Shown piece by piece: positions 49,359 through 58,972 of a DNA stretch of 64,000 nt. Origin of the DNA: a bacterium (lineage in GTDB: Bacteria; Patescibacteriota; Minisyncoccia; Moranbacterales; DUUL01); assembly GCA_018675685.1 (NCBI GenBank), contig JABGXP010000002.1, positions 14,367 to 78,366 of the forward strand. Direction: 5' to 3'. The notes beneath the pieces were generated by a model that was not told the DNA's origin, searched no databases, and saw nothing but the letters and a program-made list of their open reading frames with translations. The translations under genes were made by a program, and so were the position numbers. Position 1 is the first letter of the stretch. Every line of letters starts with the position of its first letter.

Positions 49359-49940
49359 ATGAAAACAGCAAAACACAAACAAAAAGGTTTTTCATTGATT
49401 GAAGTTCTTGTTTCAATCGCTATTTTTTCAGTTATAGTTGGGGGTATTCTACTTTTCAGCATTAGAACAATTGAAGCTCATACAAAGACTCAAGCAATGC
49501 AAAATGCATTAGAGAATGCACGTTTTGCAATTGAAAAGTTGAATAAAAAAATTAGAACAAGTAAAGAAATTAATGGTGATGATGGTATTGTGACGAGTTT
49601 AACAGGAAGTAATGAAGTTTTTTTTGTTGATAATGTAGACGCAACTAAACAATGTTTCAAGTTTGAAAATGATAAATTGTTTTTTGACGCGATAGACGCT
49701 GACAGTGATGCTGTTAATTGTTCTCATGCTGATTTTAACAATTTTGAAGCATTGATCGGCTCAGATGATGGGAAGATCAAGGTGAGTGGTGAATTTATTC
49801 TAAGACAAACTGATTCAGTTCAAAATGACCGTGGTTTTGTTAGAACCGTGGTCACGATTAAATATAATGACGCCTCAACAATGGTAACTGAGAAAGATTC
49901 TGTTACGATCCAATCTGGCGTTTCATTACGTGATTACTAG
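49359..49940 (+). CDS. minor pilin (PilW/GspJ-like)
   Basis: KG|FSLIEVLV, ARFAIEKLNKKIR, C-terminal VSLR. Confidence 0.8.
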   Translation: MKTAKHKQKGFSLIEVLVSIAIFSVIVGGILLFSIRTIEAHTKTQAMQNALENARFAIEKLNKKIRTSKEINGDDGIVTSLTGSNEVFFVDNVDATKQCFKFENDKLFFDAIDADSDAVNCSHADFNNFEALIGSDDGKIKVSGEFILRQTDSVQNDRGFVRTVVTIKYNDASTMVTEKDSVTIQSGVSLRDY

Positions 49941-49963
49941 GTTTGTAAGAAAAAAACCACTAA

Positions 49964-50806
49964 ATGCATATGAAAATAAAAAGAATAGCTAAAAAGATGG
50001 AAGAGAAGAATGTTTTTGTAAAAAACAAAAAGCCAAAGCAAGCACAACAAGGGTCTGCCATTGTTTTGATGGTGCTAGTTTTAGTTAATGCACTTATTAT
50101 TGTTTCTGTGATTGCCTCAATTTCCTTGGTTGAGGGGAGAATGAGTTCTAATATTAAGAATTCAACACCAGCCTTTCAGGCTGCTGATTCAGGAATTGAA
50201 TGGGTGCTAAAGACAATCGGTGATGAAAATGATTCAAGTAAAATGATCTCAGAAGTTTTTGGGAGTTTGGCCGGTGATGGAAAATTCGATTGTCCCGCAG
50301 GAGATGTTGGGGGTGTGATTTGCGAGTTATATTTTATCCAAGCAACCGGAGAAGTTATTACCAATGAAGACACAGCAATCTTGGAAATTGATTCAGTGCG
50401 TTCAATCGGACGAAGAGGTACAGACGATCAGGCAGTTAGTCGTGCAGTTGAAGTCTCTTTGGCGATAGCAGGATGTCCAAGCGGATATGAAGAGATTTCT
50501 GATTTTTGTATTGAGGTCGATGAACACACTGACAGCGATGATAATGTAATCGAACGTTCTTTTGAGGGAGCAGCTGATTCTTGTTTTGAAGTTGATGCCA
50601 GACTTTGCACAGCCGCAGAGTGGTCATCTGCTTGCCAAATGAGCGCTGTTGTTGGACTTAATGATATGGATGATAACTGGGAGAGGGTTGATGATTTAGC
50701 AACCAAAAACAGAGCAGCCATATTCGGATTTGCTGATTGCGATGATGTTGAAGAGCAGTCGTTAAATAACACACATCGGTTCCGTTGTTGTATGAATACG
50801 AATTAA
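49964..50806 (+). CDS. PilX-like minor pilin fused to a Cys-rich FGE/CLec-like domain
   Basis: QG|SAIVLMV (no E5), AFQAADSGIE, RSIG...SRAVEV, then CPSGY..DFCI..ARLCTAAEW..AC..WERVDD..FRCC. Confidence 0.8.
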   Translation: MHMKIKRIAKKMEEKNVFVKNKKPKQAQQGSAIVLMVLVLVNALIIVSVIASISLVEGRMSSNIKNSTPAFQAADSGIEWVLKTIGDENDSSKMISEVFGSLAGDGKFDCPAGDVGGVICELYFIQATGEVITNEDTAILEIDSVRSIGRRGTDDQAVSRAVEVSLAIAGCPSGYEEISDFCIEVDEHTDSDDNVIERSFEGAADSCFEVDARLCTAAEWSSACQMSAVVGLNDMDDNWERVDDLATKNRAAIFGFADCDDVEEQSLNNTHRFRCCMNTN

Positions 50807-50817
50807 ATACATAAAAA

Positions 50818-51300
50818 ATGAGAAAAATTATTAGTAAAAATTTAGCGACTGCAACTTTTATTGTTTGCACCCTGTATATTGCTATTTTTGTATTTTCAAG
50901 AGTGGATTCAATCCAAAAACAAAATAATGGAAAATTAAGTGGGCAGGCGAATGCAGCCTATGAATGTGCCTCAGGATATATTGAGGTAGCCGACTTTTGC
51001 ATACAGAGCGAAACAGCGGGGGATGAAAATTGGCATGATGCAGCGTTGGCTTGCGCTCAAGATGAGGAGGCTAGACTTTGTAAAGCGCAAGAGCTTATGG
51101 CTGCTTGTCAGGCAGAGCATCAAGACGGCACTTCTTTTGACGATAATATTGATGGTGGTGGCTGGGAGTGGGCGGATGATATTGACAATCGCAATGAGGC
51201 CACTGTTATGTTTAGGAATAACAATAATTGCAAGGCAATGAATAAAAGAAATCTTTCTGGTAGTTCGAATGATTTCCGTTGTTGTAAAAATAGATATTAA
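50818..51300 (+). CDS. membrane-anchored FGE/CLec-like domain protein (paralog 2)
   Basis: N-terminal TM; CASGY..DFCI..W..A..C..ARLCKAQEL..AC..WEWADD..FRCC. Confidence 0.75.
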   Translation: MRKIISKNLATATFIVCTLYIAIFVFSRVDSIQKQNNGKLSGQANAAYECASGYIEVADFCIQSETAGDENWHDAALACAQDEEARLCKAQELMAACQAEHQDGTSFDDNIDGGGWEWADDIDNRNEATVMFRNNNNCKAMNKRNLSGSSNDFRCCKNRY

Positions 51301-51302
51301 CA

Positions 51303-51821
51303 ATGAAAAAAATGCAAAAGGGAAAGAAATTGAAAAAAATATTTAAAAAAGGAGCATTGAAGATAACTGGGGTTGCGCTCATTGTTCTTGCAACAGTTGC
51401 GGTTATTGGCTTTGAGCGTTATAATAAGAACATTGGTATTGATATCAAAGCTGCTTCGGATGGATGCCCCTCTAGTGATTGGGTTCCAATTGGTGATTTT
51501 TGCATCATGGATGATTTGCTTAGTGGTGGAGCTGAAAAATGGGGTGAGTCAGTGTATAGCTGTCTCGATGAGGAAGATGCAAGACTCTGTACTGTAGGAG
51601 AATGGATGGAAGCTTGTAGATTAAACGAAGGTAATATTATATCATTGGACCACATGGAAGTTGATGGAACGGATGACTATGAATGGACTGGAGACATTGA
51701 AAATGCTGGGACCAAGAAAGCTATAACGATTGGAAAAAATGGTTGTGGTGACATTAAAAATGAAAAAATTCTTAATGAGGATCGTGACAGAAGATGTTGT
51801 ATAAATAGAGCACGAATATAG
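51303..51821 (+). CDS. membrane-anchored FGE/CLec-like domain protein (paralog 3)
   Basis: Basic leader KKG|ALKIT and TM; CPSSDW..DFCI..W..C..ARLCTVGEW..AC..YEWTGD..RRCC. Confidence 0.75.
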   Translation: MKKMQKGKKLKKIFKKGALKITGVALIVLATVAVIGFERYNKNIGIDIKAASDGCPSSDWVPIGDFCIMDDLLSGGAEKWGESVYSCLDEEDARLCTVGEWMEACRLNEGNIISLDHMEVDGTDDYEWTGDIENAGTKKAITIGKNGCGDIKNEKILNEDRDRRCCINRARI

Positions 51822-51888
51822 AAAAACAGTAAACAAGGGAAGTAATTAAAATAAATAAAAATATGATTATAGAAGAGGAGGTGACACA

Positions 51889-52299
51889 ATGAAACAAAAT
51901 AAAGAAAAAGGATTTACGCTAGTTGAACTCTTAGTTGTGGTTGCAATTATTGGTATCTTAGCTGCGATTGTTTTGGTTAGCTTGAACAGTGCACGTGGTC
52001 GTGCAAGACTTGGTTCACTTCAAGCAACATTAGCCTCAACAACAACATTAGCAGCTTTATGTACTAATGACGGATCTAGTGTTAGTACTCCAACTTCAGC
52101 GACTGTTGGAGGTGGGGATATCTGTGACGATACTTCGATCACAGCTGAGGTTTGGCCATCACTACAAAGCCAAAGTTTAGGAGGATCAAATTCTCCTTAT
52201 TCGTATACTACAACAAGTGATACTACAGTCTCTTCTTCAGACTCTGCTGGTGTTGCTGTTACTTGTACTGTTGCGACCGGAAGTTGTATTAGAAACTAA
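51889..52299 (+). CDS. type IV pilin (major pilin candidate)
   Basis: KG|FTLVELLVVVAIIG; strong SD GAGGAGGTGA; followed by terminator. Confidence 0.9.
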   Translation: MKQNKEKGFTLVELLVVVAIIGILAAIVLVSLNSARGRARLGSLQATLASTTTLAALCTNDGSSVSTPTSATVGGGDICDDTSITAEVWPSLQSQSLGGSNSPYSYTTTSDTTVSSSDSAGVAVTCTVATGSCIRN

Positions 52300-52347
52300 T
52301 TCCGTTGCGAGTGTTTTATGCGCTATAGCGCGTAACGAAGAATTAGC

Positions 52348-52378
52348 AAAAAAGACTTCAATTGATGAGGTCTTTTTT
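52348..52378 (+). terminator. terminator after the pilin gene
   Basis: aaaaaagacttca-attga-tgaggtctttttt. Confidence 0.7.
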
Positions 52379-52454
52379 GTTTACAATAAATCTTTCCTGA
52401 TGTATTATTAGGGTGTCAGAGTATTTAAAAATTTAAAAATTAAAAAATTAAAAA

Positions 52455-53003
52455 ATGGTAATTTATATTTTACTGGGGATTATCGTCGTGACCGTTGTTT
52501 GGTTTATTGCTGTGTATAATGGTTTGATTAAGTTTAGAAATAGAGTTGACGAAGCCTGGAGTGATATTGGAATTCAACTAAAAAGGCGCTATGATTTGAT
52601 TCCAAATCTTATCAACACAGTAAAGGGGTATGCAAAGCACGAAAAGGAGTTAATGGAGAATGTGACTAAGGCTCGAACAGAAGCCATGGGAACGCAGAGT
52701 CCAAAAGAGAGTGCCGAAAAGGAAAATATGCTTTCTGATACATTGAAATCACTTTTTGCCGTTTCTGAGAATTATCCAGACTTGAAAGCTAATCAGAATT
52801 TTTTGGAACTCCAAAGAGAATTAACTGATACAGAGGATAAAATTCAAGCTTCTAGAAGGTTCTACAATGGAAATGTTCGAGATTTCAATACAAAATTGCA
52901 AGTTTTTCCAACGAATATGATTGCCGGGATGTTGAAATTTAATGAGTACGATTTCTTTGAAATTGAAGAAAAGGAAAAAGAGAACATAGAGGTAAAGTTT
53001 TAG
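52455..53003 (+). CDS. lemA: LemA family protein
   Basis: YNGL, AWSDI..QLKRRYDLIPNL, ENYPDLKA, RRFYN. Confidence 0.95.
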   Translation: MVIYILLGIIVVTVVWFIAVYNGLIKFRNRVDEAWSDIGIQLKRRYDLIPNLINTVKGYAKHEKELMENVTKARTEAMGTQSPKESAEKENMLSDTLKSLFAVSENYPDLKANQNFLELQRELTDTEDKIQASRRFYNGNVRDFNTKLQVFPTNMIAGMLKFNEYDFFEIEEKEKENIEVKF

Positions 53004-53023
53004 TTTTTATTTAAATAATTGTA

Positions 53024-53935
53024 ATGGCAACGTTATATACACATAAGGACAGAAATCTTCAACTGACCTGGGTTTATTTAGTTGGTTTTTTGGTTTTTGT
53101 GATTTTCGTAGGTTGGTTTTTCTCATTGGTCATGGAGAGTTCAGTGATTTTGTACGGAGCTGTTTTTTTTGCTGTTGCTATGAATTTTGTGAGTTATTGG
53201 TGGAGTGATAAAATAGTTTTGAAAATTGCTGGAGCTCAGAGAATTTCAAGAAAAACTCCAAATGAAAAGGAAATCTATCGGTTAGTGGAAAATCTATGCA
53301 TAACAGCAGGTCTTCCGACTCCAAGGATATATCTTATCCCTGATGTTGCTCCAAATGCTTTTGCTACTGGACGTGATCCAGAGCACGCTGTGATAGCTTT
53401 AACAACAGGAATAGTTGAAAGTTTAGACAAAAAGGAGTTAGAGGGAGTTATTGCGCATGAACTTTCGCACATAGGAAATAGAGATATTCTACTTAGCACG
53501 GTCGTGACTGTTCTGGTTGGTTTCGTAGCTCTTCTAGCAGACTTGTTTATACGATGGAGTTGGTTTGGAGGACGGAAGAGAGATGGAGAGGGGAATAGCC
53601 AGTTGCAACTTGTTTTGGTTGTTGTCGCAATCATTCTTGCAATCTTAGCGCCAGTAGCAGCAACTCTGATGCAGATGGCCATTTCAAGAAAAAGAGAATT
53701 TCTAGCGGATGCTGACGCTGCATTATTGACTCGCTACCCCGAAGGTTTAGCAAGCGCGTTAGAAAAAATTTCATCGCACCAAGGTGAGCTTATAAAAGCC
53801 AATAAGGCGACGGCGCATATGTACATTGCGAACCCCTTTCGCGGGAAACATGCGAAGAAAGCAACAAGATTTTTTGCGACGCACCCTGCTACTGACGAAA
53901 GGATTAAGAGATTAAGAGAAACTGAAATACAATAG
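53024..53935 (+). CDS. htpX: zinc metalloprotease HtpX (M48)
   Basis: PNAFATG, HELSH, SRKREFLAD, THP; follows lemA. Confidence 0.93.
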   Translation: MATLYTHKDRNLQLTWVYLVGFLVFVIFVGWFFSLVMESSVILYGAVFFAVAMNFVSYWWSDKIVLKIAGAQRISRKTPNEKEIYRLVENLCITAGLPTPRIYLIPDVAPNAFATGRDPEHAVIALTTGIVESLDKKELEGVIAHELSHIGNRDILLSTVVTVLVGFVALLADLFIRWSWFGGRKRDGEGNSQLQLVLVVVAIILAILAPVAATLMQMAISRKREFLADADAALLTRYPEGLASALEKISSHQGELIKANKATAHMYIANPFRGKHAKKATRFFATHPATDERIKRLRETEIQ

Positions 53936-53974
53936 ATGATAGTTAATATTTTTTAAATTATTAAACATAAAAAA

Positions 53975-54316
53975 ATGAAAGACGAAAAAATAAACGAAAG
54001 TGACAAAAAGGACAATAAAACAGCAAAAGATGTGGAGGAAAATAGGGCGATAACGTTCTTAAGTTATCTTGGTTTTCTGTGTCTAATCCCATTGTTGGCA
54101 AAAAAGGAGAGTAAATTCGCTCAATTTCATGCGAAGCAAGGATTGGTACTTCTTATTGCTTGGATTATTGGTGGAATCACAATTGGAATGGGGATTGGTT
54201 TGGTGATTAATGCAGGCGTAGTCATTTTTTCAATAATAGGGCTCATTAACGTAAATGATGGAAATGTAAATGATTTGCCAATCATTGGTGATCTAGCTAA
54301 AAAAATTAATATTTAA
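53975..54316 (+). CDS. DUF4870-like small membrane protein
   Basis: LSYLG..LIPLL, FHAKQG, LPIIG. Confidence 0.75.
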   Translation: MKDEKINESDKKDNKTAKDVEENRAITFLSYLGFLCLIPLLAKKESKFAQFHAKQGLVLLIAWIIGGITIGMGIGLVINAGVVIFSIIGLINVNDGNVNDLPIIGDLAKKINI

Positions 54317-54351
54317 GATCTGTAGTTGAAATAAAAATAAAACAAAAATAG

Positions 54352-55623
54352 ATGAAAAAGACAAAAATCGTTGCTACTATTGGACCAGCATCTGAAACAG
54401 CTCTTGTTTTGAAGAAGATGGTGTCTTCTGGCATGAACGTTTGCCGGATGAATTTTTCTCATGGAGATGCAAAATGGAACTTGCAAACAATCAAAAGGAT
54501 TCGTGCTGTCGAGAAGAAGATTAAAGGGAAAATAGGTATCTTGGCTGACATTCAAGGCCCAAGAATCAGAATTTCCAACAGAAGCACTGTATCGATTGCT
54601 GAAGGAGAATCTATTTTTATTAGTGATGGACATCATCCTCACAATGACAATTATAAAAAGCATCTGAATTTAGATTGGGTTGGTTTTTATGAACATTTGA
54701 AAAAGGGCGATGTGATTTTTATTGAAGATGGGATGATTCAGTTGGAAGTTTTGAGGGTTATAAATTATGGATGCGTTGCGAAGGTTCTTGTTGGTGGAAA
54801 AGTGAAGTCACATAAAGGTGTTAATATCCCAGCGATCTCAAGTCATTTAGGATTTTTGACATCAAAAGACTTGGCTGATCTGGAATTTATTCTTTCTCAA
54901 GACATTGATATAATTGGAGTTTCTTTTGTTGCAAGTAGAAGTGATCTTAAGAATCTTAAGCGTGTTATAGAGGGAATACTGGAAAAGAATACAAAAAAAC
55001 AAATAGGTAGAGGAAGAAAAAGGAAATTGAAAATGCCATGGATTATATCGAAAGTTGAAAGAAGGAAAGCAATGCGGAATATTGATGAGATCATTGATGA
55101 ATCCGATGGCATTATGGTTGCAAGAGGTGATTTAGCAATTGAAGCTCCCCAGGAAAAAGTTACAATTTTTCAAAAAGATATTATTAAGAAGTGTCGAAAA
55201 AAGAATAAGCCCGTAATTGTAGCAACTCAAATGATGGCTTCGATGGTCAGTAGTGCTCGTCCAACTCGAGCTGAGATTTCTGATGTGACAAATGCTGTAA
55301 TTGATAACGCTGATGCAGTCATGCTTTCTAATGAGTCTTCAGTTGGTAAATTTCCCGTCAAATCGATTGAAACAATGACTAAAATTATCACAACAGCTGA
55401 GAAATCCAGCTATAATGATGTGAGCTTGAGGAGTGTAGGGAAGCTTGCAAAAATGCTTTTTAAAGCAAAACATTCAAGAAAACGTAGTAAGATTGTGTAT
55501 GCTCAAGACATCAAAGAGGGTGTTAAATTAGCAGCATTGCGACAAGAAGATGTGAGTATTAGATTAAAAACAAGAAACGAGGATGATAAGCGAAAAGCAA
55601 CTTTAGTTTGGGGGCTCAGATAG
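54352..55623 (+). CDS. pyk: pyruvate kinase
   Basis: TKIVATIGP, RMNFSHG, DIQGPRIR, GIMVARGDL, ATQM, PTRAE, DAVMLS. Confidence 0.93.
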   Translation: MKKTKIVATIGPASETALVLKKMVSSGMNVCRMNFSHGDAKWNLQTIKRIRAVEKKIKGKIGILADIQGPRIRISNRSTVSIAEGESIFISDGHHPHNDNYKKHLNLDWVGFYEHLKKGDVIFIEDGMIQLEVLRVINYGCVAKVLVGGKVKSHKGVNIPAISSHLGFLTSKDLADLEFILSQDIDIIGVSFVASRSDLKNLKRVIEGILEKNTKKQIGRGRKRKLKMPWIISKVERRKAMRNIDEIIDESDGIMVARGDLAIEAPQEKVTIFQKDIIKKCRKKNKPVIVATQMMASMVSSARPTRAEISDVTNAVIDNADAVMLSNESSVGKFPVKSIETMTKIITTAEKSSYNDVSLRSVGKLAKMLFKAKHSRKRSKIVYAQDIKEGVKLAALRQEDVSIRLKTRNEDDKRKATLVWGLR

Positions 55624-55776
55624 TATATTGTGTTATGTTTTTATATGTCAGCGTAAGAATAAAATAAATATTGAATTAATCTAGACAAGGGTTGAAATTT
55701 TGCTAGCTTGATAAAATGATGCAAAGTAGTGTAGAGTAGAAACAGGTTTTTGGAAAAAATCTGTTTCTCTTTCTTT

Positions 55777-55904
<128 letters not shown>

Positions 55905-56059
55905 AATTTATACTTAGCGTTGTCTTTGTTTCAAGAAATAAAAAAGACTTTTGTAGATAGGGGATATATCCATGTTTTTTGCTTTGTTTTTTGTTGTGGA
56001 CTATACTTAATATCAAGAGAGAATCATTTGTGATTTAAAAGGTTTAAATATAAAAAAAA

Positions 56060-56656
56060 ATGAAATTAACGCCAGATATTCAAAAGGCGATTGATAAGTC
56101 TGCAAAGCTTCACAATAAACAAATGCGAAGAAGCGGACAGTTGCCATATATTGTTCATCCGTATAGTGTTGGTGCGATATTATCCAACTACACTGATGAT
56201 GAGGATATTATCATTGCTGGGTTTATGCACGATGTTTTGGAGGATGTGGAAGGTTATAATGTGAGCAACTTAAGGGAAGATTTTGGAAATAAAGTCACAA
56301 ACATAGTTTTGTATATAACAGAAGACAAGAAGCCAAGCGATAGCCAGGCTACGGCTAGGAAGACCTGGAAACACAGAAAAACAAAATACATCCATGTTTT
56401 GAAAAATACAACAAATCAAAACATTCTTTTAGTTGCGTGTGCTGACAAAGTACATAATTTGCAAGCATTTCTGGAGGTATATGAAGAAGAAGGTGAGGAT
56501 ATGTGGAAAAACTTTAATGCCCCAGAACCAAGGTCCACCAGCACGATGTGGTTCCATGACGAACTCTTAAAAGTCTTTAAAAAGAACTTAAAGAGTAACA
56601 TTGTTGATGAATACGAGGAACTTGTAGCTATTGCAATGGAGAAGTTTGGTGAATAG
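56060..56656 (+). CDS. HD-domain small alarmone hydrolase-like protein (Mesh1/SpoT HD family)
   Basis: HNKQMRRSG.LPYIVHP, AGFMHDVLED, ADKVHN. Confidence 0.85.
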   Translation: MKLTPDIQKAIDKSAKLHNKQMRRSGQLPYIVHPYSVGAILSNYTDDEDIIIAGFMHDVLEDVEGYNVSNLREDFGNKVTNIVLYITEDKKPSDSQATARKTWKHRKTKYIHVLKNTTNQNILLVACADKVHNLQAFLEVYEEEGEDMWKNFNAPEPRSTSTMWFHDELLKVFKKNLKSNIVDEYEELVAIAMEKFGE

Positions 56657-56676
56657 CTTAATAACTTTGATTTTAA

Positions 56677-58452
56677 ATGGATAAAAAGAAGCGAAAAACT
56701 AGGAAACTGGGAGTTTTTTGGAGAAACTTTTGGGAATTATTTAACAATTTTTCCTCGTCGATTAGGAAGGGTTTTGTTTTGATTGTTATCGTCGAGTTAA
56801 TGAGTGTTTTGGATCCATTTTTGTTTAAAATCGTTATCGATAAATTAACAGCTTTCGATCGTGGAGCAATTTGGTGGGTTATTGGAGCAATCTTACTGTT
56901 ATTTGTTTTCCGTCGTTTTTCTGGCTTAATTACTTACTTTAAGGACAAGCTTTTCTTTCAAATTATTTCTAAAGCGGAAAAAGAGTTTTTAGTGAATGCT
57001 CAAAAGAAAATGGTTTCACTTTCTCTGTCATATCACGAAAGAGAAGATACAGGAAATAAGATCATTAAAATTGATAAAGGTGTCCAAAAGATTTTGCAGT
57101 TATTCGAGAGTCTTTACTGGGAAGTTGTACCTGTTTTAATTAAATTAACGATCGTTTGCGGAATTCTTTTTTGGACAGACTATCGCCTTGGTGTTTCTTT
57201 TGTTATTTTTGCGCCAACTTTCATGTGGCTCGCTTTTCGAACCAATAAAGCAGTGAGACCAATGAGGGACGAAAGATATGCAAAATATGAAGAGGCCGCA
57301 GGGATAATGACGCAATCAATTATCAATATCAACACAGTAAAGTCATTTGTTCGAGAAAAATGGGAAGTTAGACAAGTGACAAGAATTAGGGAGCGGATTA
57401 AGAAGCTACAATTGATTGAATGGGGTAAAATTTTGAATTCAGGATTATTACGTCACACCATAAGTGACCTAGGAAAAGTCTCAGTTATGTTGATAGGGAC
57501 TTTTTTGGCTTGGAATTCAGCAATTACGATAGGAACTTTGATTTTTGTTGTTATGCTTTCCAATGAGGCCTATAATTACCTTTATCGACTTTCAAGATTC
57601 TATGATCGTATGGAAGAGGGAGTTATTGCTGTTAAGCGATACATGAAGTTACTAGATGAAAAGCCAGAGATTAAAAACAAGAAAAGGGGAATAAAACCAA
57701 GAAATTTAAATGGAGAAATATCTTTTTTAGATGTTAATTTTGCATATCAAGAAGCAAAAGACAGGGCACTTTGCGGTGTAAATACAAAGATTGCACCAGG
57801 AACAATGACAGCCTTAGTTGGCCCATCTGGTGGTGGAAAAACAACTTTCGCTAGAATGATATATAGACACTATGATCCACAAAAGGGAGCGGTAAAGATA
57901 GACGGAATTAATTTAAAAGATTTTGATTTGTTTACATTTAGAAAGTTCATCTCGATTGTTCCACAGGAAGTAGAAATTTTCAGTACAAATATAAGAGAAA
58001 ACATTGCCTACGCTAAGCCAACTGCAACTGACAGAGAAGTTCATAGAGCTGCACGTACTGCAAATGCTGCTGAATTTATTGAAAAACTTCCCAATAAATA
58101 TAAGACAAGAGTCGGTGAGAGAGGTGTTAAATTATCAGGAGGACAACGTCAGAGAATTGGAATTGCAAGAGCGATTTTAGCTAATCCAAAAATTTTGATT
58201 TTTGATGAGGCGACAAGTAGCCTTGATTCTCAAAGCGAAAAACTTATTCAAGAATCAATGGATAAGGTAAGTAAAGGAAGGACAGTTATTGTAATCGCAC
58301 ATCGTTTGAGCACAATTAGAAAGGCTGATCGGATTATTGTATTGGAGGACGGTATTATTGCTGAACAAGGAAGTCACAATGAACTTTCAACTCAAAAAAG
58401 TGGAATCTATGCGAAGCTTTTGAAGTTGCAGGAAATGGGGGATGTAGACTAG
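56677..58452 (+). CDS. ABC transporter fused permease/ATPase (MsbA-like exporter)
   Basis: TM domain, GPSGGGKTT, LSGGQRQR, FDEATS, IAHRLST. Confidence 0.92.
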   Translation: MDKKKRKTRKLGVFWRNFWELFNNFSSSIRKGFVLIVIVELMSVLDPFLFKIVIDKLTAFDRGAIWWVIGAILLLFVFRRFSGLITYFKDKLFFQIISKAEKEFLVNAQKKMVSLSLSYHEREDTGNKIIKIDKGVQKILQLFESLYWEVVPVLIKLTIVCGILFWTDYRLGVSFVIFAPTFMWLAFRTNKAVRPMRDERYAKYEEAAGIMTQSIININTVKSFVREKWEVRQVTRIRERIKKLQLIEWGKILNSGLLRHTISDLGKVSVMLIGTFLAWNSAITIGTLIFVVMLSNEAYNYLYRLSRFYDRMEEGVIAVKRYMKLLDEKPEIKNKKRGIKPRNLNGEISFLDVNFAYQEAKDRALCGVNTKIAPGTMTALVGPSGGGKTTFARMIYRHYDPQKGAVKIDGINLKDFDLFTFRKFISIVPQEVEIFSTNIRENIAYAKPTATDREVHRAARTANAAEFIEKLPNKYKTRVGERGVKLSGGQRQRIGIARAILANPKILIFDEATSSLDSQSEKLIQESMDKVSKGRTVIVIAHRLSTIRKADRIIVLEDGIIAEQGSHNELSTQKSGIYAKLLKLQEMGDVD

Positions 58453-58479
58453 TATCTATTTTGTTTTTAAAAAAATACT

Positions 58480-58511
58480 GGGCGGTTGGGATCTATTGAT
58501 CTCAACCGCCT
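58480..58511. terminator. terminator between convergent genes
   Basis: gggcggttgggatc-tatt-gatctcaaccgcct. Confidence 0.7.
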
Positions 58512-58534
58512 AAATTGCGATTTCAGTTGTCATT

Positions 58535-58717
58535 TTACAATCTAATCTCCACAGGTGGTGTTATGTCAGTGAAATGGGGAGCTCCGTTGAGCATTTTTAT
58601 TTCCCGTCCCTTATTTTCTTGCCTAAGTCTCCCTATAACCTTCTTCTTTCTAGTCGTTGTCAGTCTAGGTGACTTTTCCTGATTGCCTCTACCACTTCCT
58701 GAATTACCCTTTAACAT
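58535..58717 (-). CDS. small basic hypothetical protein (60 aa)
   Basis: SD GGAGG 4 nt before ATG 58717 (MLKGNSGSGRG...). Confidence 0.45.
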   Translation of the reverse strand: MLKGNSGSGRGNQEKSPRLTTTRKKKVIGRLRQENKGREIKMLNGAPHFTDITPPVEIRL

Positions 58718-58972
58718 ACAGCCTCCATTGGTTAGTATTGATAAAAAGTTGACACTACAAACTATCTCTATTTTATACATAAAATCATTTAAAAATCAAG
58801 TTACAGCGATTTTTAAATGATTTTTGTCTAAAAACAGCAACTTGAAGTTTTGAATAAAAAAAGCTAACATTATATAGTTGTCCTAGTAGAATAACTCAGG
58901 GATTAATTGATAAAAAACCAGAACTAGTGTATTTTACAAGTAATAAACAAAGAAAGAAGAATCAAATAGATC

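Noticed and set aside
50600-51821. Complete diversity-generating retroelement acting on the CLec-like genes
   Set aside because: No reverse transcriptase gene and no near-identical template repeat differing only at adenines was seen. The shared ttccgttgttgta in two genes is explained by FRCC codons. Action in trans from outside the window cannot be excluded.
38778-52299. Type II secretion system
   Set aside because: PilT, PilM/N/O and several major-type pilins indicate type IV pili, and no secretin is present in the window.
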